IMG/VR virus record: IMGVR_UViG_3300021520_000002
Location: 221,573-285,572 of that record
Direction: 5' to 3' (one strand)
DNA length: 64,000 bases
How positions within the stretch are numbered: position 1 is the first letter of the stretch; the number at the start of each line of letters is the position of its first letter. Made by a program: the position numbers and the translations under genes. A model generated the notes under the pieces. The model did not search any database. It was not told the DNA's origin and saw only the letters and a list, made by a program, of their open reading frames with translations. Shown piece after piece: positions 10,482-18,631 of this stretch.

Positions 10482-10556
10482 TGGTGCCCAAGGTGAGAAT
10501 TGAACTCACGACCTAGTGTTTTAGAGGCACTCGCTCTACAACTGAGCTACTTAGGC
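10482..10556 (-). tRNA. tRNA with CUA anticodon (amber suppressor type)
   Basis: GCCTAAG TA GCTC AGTTGTA GAGC G AGTGC CT-CTA-AA ACACT AGGTC GTGAG TTCAATT CTCAC CTTGGGC A CCA; encoded CCA; C31-A39 mismatch and no D-loop GG. Confidence 0.88.
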
Positions 10557-10569
10557 ACCGATTTTATTT

Positions 10570-10863
10570 TTAAAGTAACCTTAATTTAGAAAATATTTTT
10601 TCATTATCAACAGTAGTTGCTAATGATGTGATTTGATTTCCTATATCAGGTTCTTTAAATATACTATATTCAATACTTTTCATATCCAGCTTAAATATCC
10701 ATTTTTCTAATTCTTCTTCATCATTAACACCAAGATAAACTAATGTACCATTATCCCAAGATGTTTTATTATGAAGAAGATATTCAGCAACAGCATGACC
10801 AGATTGAACAGCTTGTTGGGCTATCGATAAATCACGCCGCGTTAGCACATAAAGCTTCTTCAT
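10570..10863 (-). CDS. peptidyl-tRNA hydrolase 2 (Pth2)-like protein
   Basis: KLYVLTRRDL..AVQSGHA..LVYL..FKEPDIGNQITSLA; likely start MKKLYV overlapping upstream ORF. Confidence 0.8.
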   Translation of the reverse strand: MKKLYVLTRRDLSIAQQAVQSGHAVAEYLLHNKTSWDNGTLVYLGVNDEEELEKWIFKLDMKSIEYSIFKEPDIGNQITSLATTVDNEKIFSKLRLL

Positions 10864-11140
10864 ATCTTCTGGTCCATTCTTCTTTAATTTTTGTAATGTA
10901 TTTTTCATTAGCTGGATGATTTTCAGATGGTGTTTCAATCTGTTCTCTTGTTTTTCCTCTCAGTTCACATCTTGCAATGTGCCGATGACGAAATTCGTAT
11001 TGAAGATTATTAAGTTTATATTGTACTTCCCAACCTTTATTATTTGTTCTATAAGCTTCACTTCTTTCAATTTTTACATTATGAATATCTAAAGCTTTTT
11101 GTTTCATTTCTTCTTTAATTTCTTGATATACTAGATTCAT
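10832..11140 (-). CDS. phage hypothetical protein coupled to Pth2-like gene
   Basis: 102 aa, FRHRHIARCELRGKTREQIE motif, SD AAGGAG. Confidence 0.75.
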   Translation of the reverse strand: MNLVYQEIKEEMKQKALDIHNVKIERSEAYRTNNKGWEVQYKLNNLQYEFRHRHIARCELRGKTREQIETPSENHPANEKYITKIKEEWTRRYEEALCANAA

Positions 11141-11164
11141 GATTATTCTCCTTTTGATTTTTGA

Positions 11165-11230
11165 TTAAGAGTTCTACAATTTAATCTAAATCAAGGGAGG
11201 ACTTCTATTACTATTTTTAACCTAGGTCAT
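11165..11230 (-). promoter_or_regulatory. leader ORF M-T-amber-VKNSNRSPPLI-amber-IKL-amber-NS-ochre with anti-SD hairpin
   Basis: SD AGGAGGTG, ATG overlapping upstream TGA; CTCC in the Pro-Pro codons complementary to downstream GGAG. Confidence 0.6.
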
Positions 11231-11550
11231 AATCTATCACCTCCTTTTTGCTTACTAATTATTATCGGAATTTTATATTTCATAGCTATTTCTTTTAATT
11301 GTTTATATCGTTCATGAGCTTTTTCTAAATTTTCTTTAGTAGAACTTTCAATTACTAATAAAGAATCATAATCTAAAAATTTAATATTATTTTCTTTTAA
11401 ATACATTTCTACTATTTGATCTTCTGTTATAACTCCATAACTTATCATTAAATCAACATCACATTCTCCAATATTGCTAAACCAATCTTTTGCTTTTTTA
11501 ATAAGATCATTAATACTTTCTTGAAGATCTTTAAATGATATTTCTTTCAT
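11227..11550 (-). CDS. hypothetical protein
   Basis: ORF; C-terminal LKEIAMKYKIPIIISKQ resembles a DnaB-type helicase motif fragment. Confidence 0.6.
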   Translation of the reverse strand: MKEISFKDLQESINDLIKKAKDWFSNIGECDVDLMISYGVITEDQIVEMYLKENNIKFLDYDSLLVIESSTKENLEKAHERYKQLKEIAMKYKIPIIISKQKGGDRL

Positions 11551-11846
11551 TATTCTATCCATTCTCCAATTATATCTGCCGGTTGAAGACCATAATGTGG
11601 TGGAGCATTAATAGCAAAAGATGATAATGCTATTCCAAGAGGATTATGAACTATCGGCACAGATTCTATATTTTTTTCTCCAGGTCTATGTACAAAATAA
11701 ATTGAATCCTTAAAATCATCTTGACAAATCCAAACACAAATAACTTTCCATCCACCTCTAGTTCTATAATATTTACCTATTTCAAAATTATGTTGATTAT
11801 TGGTAATATTTATATTGTCTAAATCATATCCGTCATCTGTTTTCAT
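11550..11846 (-). CDS. hypothetical protein
   Basis: GKYYRTRGG and DIIGEW pattern. Confidence 0.65.
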   Translation of the reverse strand: MKTDDGYDLDNINITNNQHNFEIGKYYRTRGGWKVICVWICQDDFKDSIYFVHRPGEKNIESVPIVHNPLGIALSSFAINAPPHYGLQPADIIGEWIE

Positions 11847-11860
11847 TTATCCACTCCTCA

Positions 11861-12652
11861 TTAATAATTAGCTATTATAGCTTTTGCTGAATGTGCATGA
11901 ATAGATTCATCATTAACAACTTCAACTTTAAACTTTAAAATATCTTTAACTTGTGATAGTTTATTATAACATTCACGAGCTATATCTTCAACAAATTTAG
12001 AATTTTCATACATCTTTTCTGTAACTTCTTTTTCATCAGGACGTTTTAATACTGAATAAATTTCACAAGATGATGATTCTTCGGCAATTTTAACTAAATC
12101 TTCAATCCAAATAAATGCATCTTCTTTAGCTTCACAAATAATTTTTATTCTACTTTTTTGATTATGTGCTGATATCTTACTAATTTCTTTACTACATGGA
12201 CAACTTGAAGTAGCAATAGTTTCAACACTTAATCTGAACATATGACCTTTTGCTGTTTTAATTATATTAAACCAAATTTCATATGGTAATATTCCAGGTT
12301 CAAAACTTATTGGTGCGTGCTTAGTTAGAAAATAAGGAAAATAATAACCAAGATCACACAAATCTGCTTCTGTGGATCTTCTTATATTTTCTGCAATTTT
12401 AATCATTAATTTACTACTTAATTGTTCTTTTGCAAATTTCATTAAACCAATAGGTATTCTACTCATAGATATACCTTTAATATCTGGTGCAAGATCAACA
12501 AAACAACTAATATTAGCTACACTATGTTGAACTCCCCCATCTTTTTGTGATATGAATATCGGCAATTTAAAATCAGTTATACCCACTCTATTAATTGAAA
12601 TTTTATGAATAGGTTCTTGTTCATTCTGAATATCTGGTAATTTTTTGTTCAC
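11861..12652 (-). CDS. folE2: GTP cyclohydrolase IB
   Basis: LPDIQ, KGISMSR, SCPCSKEIS, AHNQKS, FVEDIAR, ESIHAHSA. Confidence 0.93.
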   Translation of the reverse strand: MNKKLPDIQNEQEPIHKISINRVGITDFKLPIFISQKDGGVQHSVANISCFVDLAPDIKGISMSRIPIGLMKFAKEQLSSKLMIKIAENIRRSTEADLCDLGYYFPYFLTKHAPISFEPGILPYEIWFNIIKTAKGHMFRLSVETIATSSCPCSKEISKISAHNQKSRIKIICEAKEDAFIWIEDLVKIAEESSSCEIYSVLKRPDEKEVTEKMYENSKFVEDIARECYNKLSQVKDILKFKVEVVNDESIHAHSAKAIIANY

Positions 12653-12653
12653 T

Positions 12654-13028
12654 CTATTTCTCCTTAATATTTATATTTAAGCCAGAACTTATTAAATGAA
12701 AATTTTGAATAACATTATTTTTATCAACTCTTCCTATGCCTTTTAATGAAAGTGAAAATATATTTTCTTTAAACCCATTTTCTAATAAAGCAAAAATAGT
12801 GTTATTTATAGATTCATTAATAATTTCAACTTCTGCTGTTTCTTTATCTTGATTAATTTTTGCAATTCCAATCATATTTTTAAATTTTACTGCAAAAGGG
12901 TTTTCTTCAAAATTATTACTACTCTCTTGAGTTATAAATATTTCTTTTCCAATATATTCTTCTAAAATATCTTCTTGATATTTTCTTCCATTTGAATTAA
13001 GATTATCAAAACTAAGTTTTAATTTCAC
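12654..13028 (-). CDS. degenerate prohead-protease-like protein
   Basis: NSNGRKY and SLKGIG resemble T4 gp21-type NxNxRxY and SSRGxG, catalytic residues not evident. Confidence 0.4.
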   Translation of the reverse strand: MKLKLSFDNLNSNGRKYQEDILEEYIGKEIFITQESSNNFEENPFAVKFKNMIGIAKINQDKETAEVEIINESINNTIFALLENGFKENIFSLSLKGIGRVDKNNVIQNFHLISSGLNINIKEK

Positions 13029-13029
13029 T

Positions 13030-13542
13030 TTATTTCTCCTCTTTTAATCTAATATGTTCATCCATAATTTTTTCAGAATAAATTCTTCCATTATAACTTG
13101 TTTTCTCTCCTAAAGCTTTAACTAAAAAATCTTCTACATATTTTTGAATACCTGGTTTGCTACTTTCTCTGTTACCGGCAACATTTAACACTTCAATTTT
13201 GTTCCATTCAATCCATCTTTTAAAAGCTTCTTCTATTGGATTGATTATATATGGTTTTCCTAATTTCTTACATGTTCCTAAAGTTAATTTAGCTCCAGGA
13301 CTATTTACATCTCCAAACCAAAGAGTACCTTGAGAATTTTTTACATTTTCAATAGTTCTTGGTTTATACTGCCAATCAGAATGTTCTACTAATCCAAAAT
13401 CTTTAAGTGTTTGATTAGGTCCTATATCTGTTCTATATCCTTTTGGTGCGGTTCCCCCAGTTTCAATTCCCAGTTTTTTACCAGCAAGAAGACCTCCAAA
13501 ATCACCACCAGTTTGACCACCTGAGATTATTTTTCTAATCAT
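13030..13542 (-). CDS. SLOG-superfamily putative molybdenum carrier protein
   Basis: KIISGGQTG, RTIENVKNSQGTL, LNVAGNRES. Confidence 0.88.
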   Translation of the reverse strand: MIRKIISGGQTGGDFGGLLAGKKLGIETGGTAPKGYRTDIGPNQTLKDFGLVEHSDWQYKPRTIENVKNSQGTLWFGDVNSPGAKLTLGTCKKLGKPYIINPIEEAFKRWIEWNKIEVLNVAGNRESSKPGIQKYVEDFLVKALGEKTSYNGRIYSEKIMDEHIRLKEEK

Positions 13543-13846
13543 TTTTTCTCCATTCAAATTGTAAAATTGTTAAATGTAATAAAGTTTCTAGTTTTAATTC
13601 AGTTTTAGTATTAAATTCTTTACTCTCTTTAATTTTTCTTACTAGAGCATTATGAGCATTAATATATTCTTCAATTGGTCCAAAATTTGTAATAAAATTT
13701 AAAGTTAAAATATCATCATTTTTAAGATGTGCATCTTTATAATTTGAATTGCTTATATTTTTCATTATTAATATTTTATTTTCTTCTATTTCAATATAAT
13801 CTTCTTTTATAATTTCTTTTAAAGAATTTAACGTTTGTACTTTCAC
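13535..13846 (-). CDS. hypothetical protein
   Basis: 103-aa ORF, GTG start after AGGAG. Confidence 0.55.
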   Translation of the reverse strand: MKVQTLNSLKEIIKEDYIEIEENKILIMKNISNSNYKDAHLKNDDILTLNFITNFGPIEEYINAHNALVRKIKESKEFNTKTELKLETLLHLTILQFEWRKND

Positions 13847-13875
13847 AGTATCTTTTTCTCCTAAAAAAATATTTT

Positions 13876-13908
13876 ATCGGCAAGATTCTATTATTAGATC
13901 TTGCCGAT
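13876..13908. repeat. dispersed palindromic hairpin, copy 3
   Basis: ATCGGCAAGAT...ATCTTGCCGAT just downstream of a promoter motif (13926). Confidence 0.9.
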
Positions 13909-13947
13909 ATTTATCAAATATATAATTTCTATATATAAATTGACATT

Positions 13948-14307
13948 TTATAATTTGACTTTTTTGATTGGTTCACATGTTATAGGATCTAATCTAAAGA
14001 TAACTACATCTCCATAAATTTTTGCATATGCAACTTCCAATTCTCCAATTTTATTTTTTGTAAGATATGGTGGAGCAGAGATAAGACTACTACTTGGACT
14101 AAAATTCCAAACGATTACTTTAATCCAACCTTCTTTAGCATTAGATTCAACATCTCTATATGAATAATGTTCATTACAAATTGTTTTATAAAAACATGTT
14201 ATATCACTAGCTTGAATATTAGTATAATCTAATAACTCATATTCATCTTTATGTTCTAACATATATTTTTCTGTTTCTTTTAATATTATTTCTCCATTAA
14301 CTATCAT
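13948..14307 (-). CDS. hypothetical protein
   Basis: 119-aa ORF, SD AGGAGG. Confidence 0.7.
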   Translation of the reverse strand: MIVNGEIILKETEKYMLEHKDEYELLDYTNIQASDITCFYKTICNEHYSYRDVESNAKEGWIKVIVWNFSPSSSLISAPPYLTKNKIGELEVAYAKIYGDVVIFRLDPITCEPIKKVKL

Positions 14308-14317
14308 TAGTTTCCTC

Positions 14318-14533
14318 CTATTTATTAATTGTCCTGAATATAACAGAACTTCTATCTTGTAATTCGTTATCTTGGTTGTCTAATAAAATTTTAAAATTCC
14401 AATCTAAAACATTTTTATCTTCTTCAAGAATTTTAATTGTTTCTGTTAATTTTTTTATTAATTCTTTAGTTTCATTTAAATTATCTAATGTGATATAACA
14501 TTCTTGATATTTGGGGATAAGTTCTATTCTCAT
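14318..14533 (-). CDS. hypothetical protein
   Basis: 71-aa ORF in operon. Confidence 0.55.
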   Translation of the reverse strand: MRIELIPKYQECYITLDNLNETKELIKKLTETIKILEEDKNVLDWNFKILLDNQDNELQDRSSVIFRTINK

Positions 14534-14826
14534 TTCTTTCTTGGACCTATTGCTGAATCAAGTAATTTAATACTTGTTTTTATTGTTTTTTGAGTAAAGA
14601 ATCCTGCTGGTAAATTTACTCCAATAACTTCAATTAGACATATTGGACAAACTTCAACATTAGTTTCTTTTTTTGTTTTTTCATCAATTAATTTAATATG
14701 TAAAGCTGTATAATTTTCAACATCAGTGTATATCATTCCATCAGCAATTATTTTTTGTCTTGTTCTTTCTAATTCAAATCCACCACAGTATGAACAATTA
14801 TATTTTACTTTTTTTGTTTTTTTCAT
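14530..14826 (-). CDS. hypothetical Zn-finger protein
   Basis: CSYC and CPIC. Confidence 0.6.
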   Translation of the reverse strand: MKKTKKVKYNCSYCGGFELERTRQKIIADGMIYTDVENYTALHIKLIDEKTKKETNVEVCPICLIEVIGVNLPAGFFTQKTIKTSIKLLDSAIGPRKK

Positions 14827-15104
14827 TCTTCTTCTCCTTTCACTTCAAAAAACATATTCATTTCAAAAGGTGCTTCACAACCAAGATATAAATATTTACC
14901 AAATTCAGACATTATAGACCATAGTTGATGTTTTGAATATCCATTTTCATCTGTTTTTGGTAATTTAAATTCAAATGTAGGTTTTCCTCCAGATTGTATA
15001 ATTAATAATTGTAATTCATCATAATTTTTTTTTAGAATTTCTTTTCCACGGTCAGTTAATTTTATCAAAACATAATCATTAACATTAAAAGGTATTTTTT
15101 TCAT
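14823..15104 (-). CDS. hypothetical protein
   Basis: FNVNDYVLIKLT..DENGYSKHQLWSIMSEFG; start after AGGAG. Confidence 0.7.
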   Translation of the reverse strand: MKKIPFNVNDYVLIKLTDRGKEILKKNYDELQLLIIQSGGKPTFEFKLPKTDENGYSKHQLWSIMSEFGKYLYLGCEAPFEMNMFFEVKGEEE

Positions 15105-15123
15105 TTGATCTCCTAAAATTAAG

Positions 15124-15270
15124 TAGAGGGTGTACGATACTTTTACTGGCACCCTCTAAACCAGCTCTCAAAGGAGTCCATGATTATGTGGGAGAAAAAG
15201 CCACACCCATCACCACCCACATAATCAACCACAGTAATCGCTGATGGCATGCACCAAAAATGGTGAGGGG
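15124..15270 (-). ncRNA. candidate structured intergenic RNA
   Basis: GC-rich; 12-bp TGATTATGTGGG/CCCACATAATCA and 9-bp TAGAGGGTG/CACCCTCTA stems plus CACCA/TGGTG. Confidence 0.5.
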
Positions 15271-15448
15271 TTATATTCTATTTTTTTCCATATCTATTAT
15301 AAGAGTTGTTAATCTTATTTTTTCTTCAGTTAAAAATTTTAAATTATTAGTTAAATAATTTTTATTATGATACTCTAATAAAGCAATTGCTTTAAGTACT
15401 TCTGCAATTTCTTGTATGCTTTTATATTCCATTATTCTTCTCCTTTTT

Positions 15449-15480
15449 ATCGGCAAGATCTATTGCTAAATCTTGCCGAT
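15449..15480. repeat. dispersed palindromic hairpin, copy 4
   Basis: identical to copy 1, just after the beta-prime C-terminal gene stop. Confidence 0.95.
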
Positions 15481-15487
15481 ATTTATT

Positions 15488-17476
15488 TTACACTTGACCT
15501 AGCCAAATCTTTTCATAAATTGTTAATATTGGACTATCTATTACTTCTTCCATATCAAGTTCTATTTTCTCAACTGAATTTTTATTTGGTTGATATAAAA
15601 GACCTAATAATGGACTTATATAACTTGCTAATTGTTTATCACCAAGTTTGAATGTTGGAGTTTGACTTTGATTATATCTCCAAAATACTTTATTATCATA
15701 ATCTACTAGGAACATATTTGCAAATAACATTTCAATAAATGAACTGTAAACTGTTCCTACACTTAACATTAAAGTCATAAAATCTTGATAATATTCTTTT
15801 GGTGTTTTTGTTAATTTACTTTGTTGTTTTAACACATTTTTAACTTGATTCATAACAGATATAACATCTTCATTTTTTACTACTTTAGAATCAGCTCTGA
15901 ATGAAAGTTGATTAGTTTTATAATCAATATTCATTAATCCAGGTATATCAGATAAAATTTTATCTGTTAGAATATCTGGAAATTCATTAGTGTCAAAAGT
16001 TAGAATTGTTTGCTCATTAATTCTTTCAACATTAATCAAATGATCTCTAAAAAATTCTAAAACTTCTTTATTTTTTGGTAAATTTGCACCACCTGATACA
16101 TGAAAAGTTCGAAGGATTAATTGTGTTATCCTTTCGACCACACTTTGACCTGCAGTGATACCAACATACTTTGTTGGAAATTCTCTTGCACCAAAACATT
16201 TTCTACAAATTTTAAAATTTGGTTCTTCACAAGTTATTAAAGAACGAATATAGATTTTATTATTTATAAATTTTATAGCTTCTGAAAGAGTTAAAACTTT
16301 CCATTCAAGTTCAGTACTTTGTGGATCTCTATAATATTTTCCAACTAAAGTTTGTGCATGTTTCTGTGAAGTTACAATAATATCTAAATAATTTTCAGTT
16401 CCACAATCATCTGATTCTAGTTCCATGACCGAAAGTCCCATAACTATTGTTCTTTCAAGATACCCAGAATCTGGCGTCCATTTAGCCTTGTCCTGGATAC
16501 TTTTTCTTGTTCCTGGAGCGACTATAAAAAATTCTTCTTCTGTTAAACCTTCTAAAAGAGAGGTTTTAATTGGAATTGGAGTAATATTATTTTCCGCGTC
16601 AGCGCTATATCCGATCGAGATACAAGATCTTGCCAATTGTAATTTAGAAAATCTTGAACCTGATTTAAATAACTTATATAAATTTGATTCTTTATCAAAA
16701 TGTTTTAAACATCTTTCAACAAGAGATTCATTTATATAATAACCTAACATTATATTATCATTAGGTATTTGTTTAAGCAATCTAGTTGTTTCATCATCTT
16801 TAAGATCAACCATTTCTAAAACATCTAAACTTGGTGAATGCTTTGTAACTGATATGAAGAAGAATAGTTTCTTTTCAAGATCAGTTAATCGATCATAATA
16901 TTTTTTATTATCTTTTTCATTTTCAAGAATTAAACGACTAATCTCATTAGAATAATCTTTTTTAACACTTTTATTAATTATTATATTATTAAAACCACAC
17001 CATTTATTGAATAAACACATTCCATATGGTACTAGTTTATTTTTAAATTTAACGGCAGAATATAATTGATCATTCCATAATTCTATAGTTTCTGGAAGAT
17101 CATTAAGATCATCTATTTCTAATATAATTTTGGTTTTATCAAATTCTGTTCTTGTTAATACAAATGCAGCATACAAAGCTTCATATCTCACTGTTGATAA
17201 AAAATTGGAATTTTGATCATAATGAATTGTATTCATCCAAAATGCTTTCTGTTCCAGTTCTTTTAATGCATCAATATCATGAACAATATATATCGCACAT
17301 GTGTCTCCATCAAAATCTGCATTTAAAGCTTCAAGCATAAGCGGACTGATTTGAATTGAATCATTATCTCCATCCTCAATCGCTTCGATTAAAACTCCAA
17401 CACAACTATGACGCCATAATGAAGGTTGTCTATTAATAAATGCTATCCTTTTTAATTTATTTAAAGATTTGTTCAA
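15488..17476 (-). CDS. phage RNA polymerase beta-prime-like subunit, catalytic/C-terminal part
   Basis: NRQPSLWR, NADFDGD, SGSR, bridge helix TPDSGYLER, ICRKCFG, TQLILRTFHVSG; TTG start after AGGAGG. Confidence 0.93.
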   Translation of the reverse strand: MNKSLNKLKRIAFINRQPSLWRHSCVGVLIEAIEDGDNDSIQISPLMLEALNADFDGDTCAIYIVHDIDALKELEQKAFWMNTIHYDQNSNFLSTVRYEALYAAFVLTRTEFDKTKIILEIDDLNDLPETIELWNDQLYSAVKFKNKLVPYGMCLFNKWCGFNNIIINKSVKKDYSNEISRLILENEKDNKKYYDRLTDLEKKLFFFISVTKHSPSLDVLEMVDLKDDETTRLLKQIPNDNIMLGYYINESLVERCLKHFDKESNLYKLFKSGSRFSKLQLARSCISIGYSADAENNITPIPIKTSLLEGLTEEEFFIVAPGTRKSIQDKAKWTPDSGYLERTIVMGLSVMELESDDCGTENYLDIIVTSQKHAQTLVGKYYRDPQSTELEWKVLTLSEAIKFINNKIYIRSLITCEEPNFKICRKCFGAREFPTKYVGITAGQSVVERITQLILRTFHVSGGANLPKNKEVLEFFRDHLINVERINEQTILTFDTNEFPDILTDKILSDIPGLMNIDYKTNQLSFRADSKVVKNEDVISVMNQVKNVLKQQSKLTKTPKEYYQDFMTLMLSVGTVYSSFIEMLFANMFLVDYDNKVFWRYNQSQTPTFKLGDKQLASYISPLLGLLYQPNKNSVEKIELDMEEVIDSPILTIYEKIWLGQV

Positions 17477-17499
17477 GCGGCCTCCTTGATTTTCTCCTT

Positions 17500-18631
17500 C
17501 TAAAATTCAATTGTGACTTTGATGTTTTTTGGAAATGGTTTTGGAAGTTTATCTTTTAATAAATAAACTGTTCCTATCCAAGGTCTTTCTCCATCATCCT
17601 CTTCCTTATATCTGACTGTACCTTTTGTTTCTTTTTCTATTTCAAAATCTAACTCTATTTTTTTATCATCAAAAGATTTACTCATTTTCCTTTTTCTCCT
17701 TCTTTGTTATTTTCCTAAGAATTTTTACAACTTCATCAATTATCTTACTCCATATTATTTGTATTAAAAGAAATAAGAGTAGAGCTTGTAAAAATCCCCC
17801 ATACCATATAATACTAAAATTTGATGGAAAATATAATTCACAAAAGATTCTCATAATTGATAATAATGATATTGATATTAAAAATATTAGTATATATCTC
17901 ATCTTTATCCCTTCTTTGTTAAAGTTATTTCAACATTACAACTATATTCCATATCATAATCATCAAAATTAATATTTAATGTTTCTGCTAATTTTTTACC
18001 TTTTTCAAGAATTGCTTCTTCTAAAGGTTCAACATCAAAAAATTCAACATCTACAACATCTTCAATAGCATAAGTTTCAATTATTATTTTATCCATTTCT
18101 TATTTCAGCTATCATTTCATTAAATTTAATTCTTGCCGATTTATATTCATTTACAATTTCATCATAATTTATATCATCAAAATTTCCGAAAGTTCTGTTT
18201 AATATACTTCTATATTCATTAATTACATTTGACATTTTATCAATATCATAATTAAGAGGAATTTCTTTTTCTACTTCTTCCATTCTTTTTTCAAATTCTT
18301 CATGTGATTTCATTTCTTACTCCTTAACAACTAACTCTATAATTGTGATTTCTACTTCATAATCTTTTCCATCAATATATGTTAAATCGTGATCATCTTT
18401 TGGAGTTGTACATATTTTTAGAAACTCTTCCATATATTCTTTAGCTTTATCTTCAGATGTGAATATGAATTTACTTTTAATAACTGTCTTCTGTTCAAAA
18501 CAAGCTAATTGTCCACGAATACTGAGTTGATATAATTTAAGATCTTTAATATTATAAGTTGTTGTTTCAGAATATTTAAATAAACTATCAGGTTTTATAT
18601 TTGTTTTCTTCTTACTCATCTTCTTCCTCAA
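17500..18631 (-). CDS. five small hypothetical ORFs (17500-17685, 17678-17902, 17905-18096, 18089-18313, 18317-18631) between the beta-prime halves
   Basis: tightly packed, overlapping, co-oriented ORFs. Confidence 0.6.

Noticed and set aside
10482-10556. tRNA-Arg(TCT) or tRNA-Pyl
   Set aside because: The symmetric 5-7-5 arm centres on CTA with U33; canonical TTC loop, 5-nt variable loop and 5-position anticodon stem do not fit tRNA-Pyl.
17477-18611. Self-splicing intron interrupting beta-prime
   Set aside because: Interval is filled with ordinary ORFs, has no recognisable intron core or homing endonuclease, and the second half has its own SD and start.
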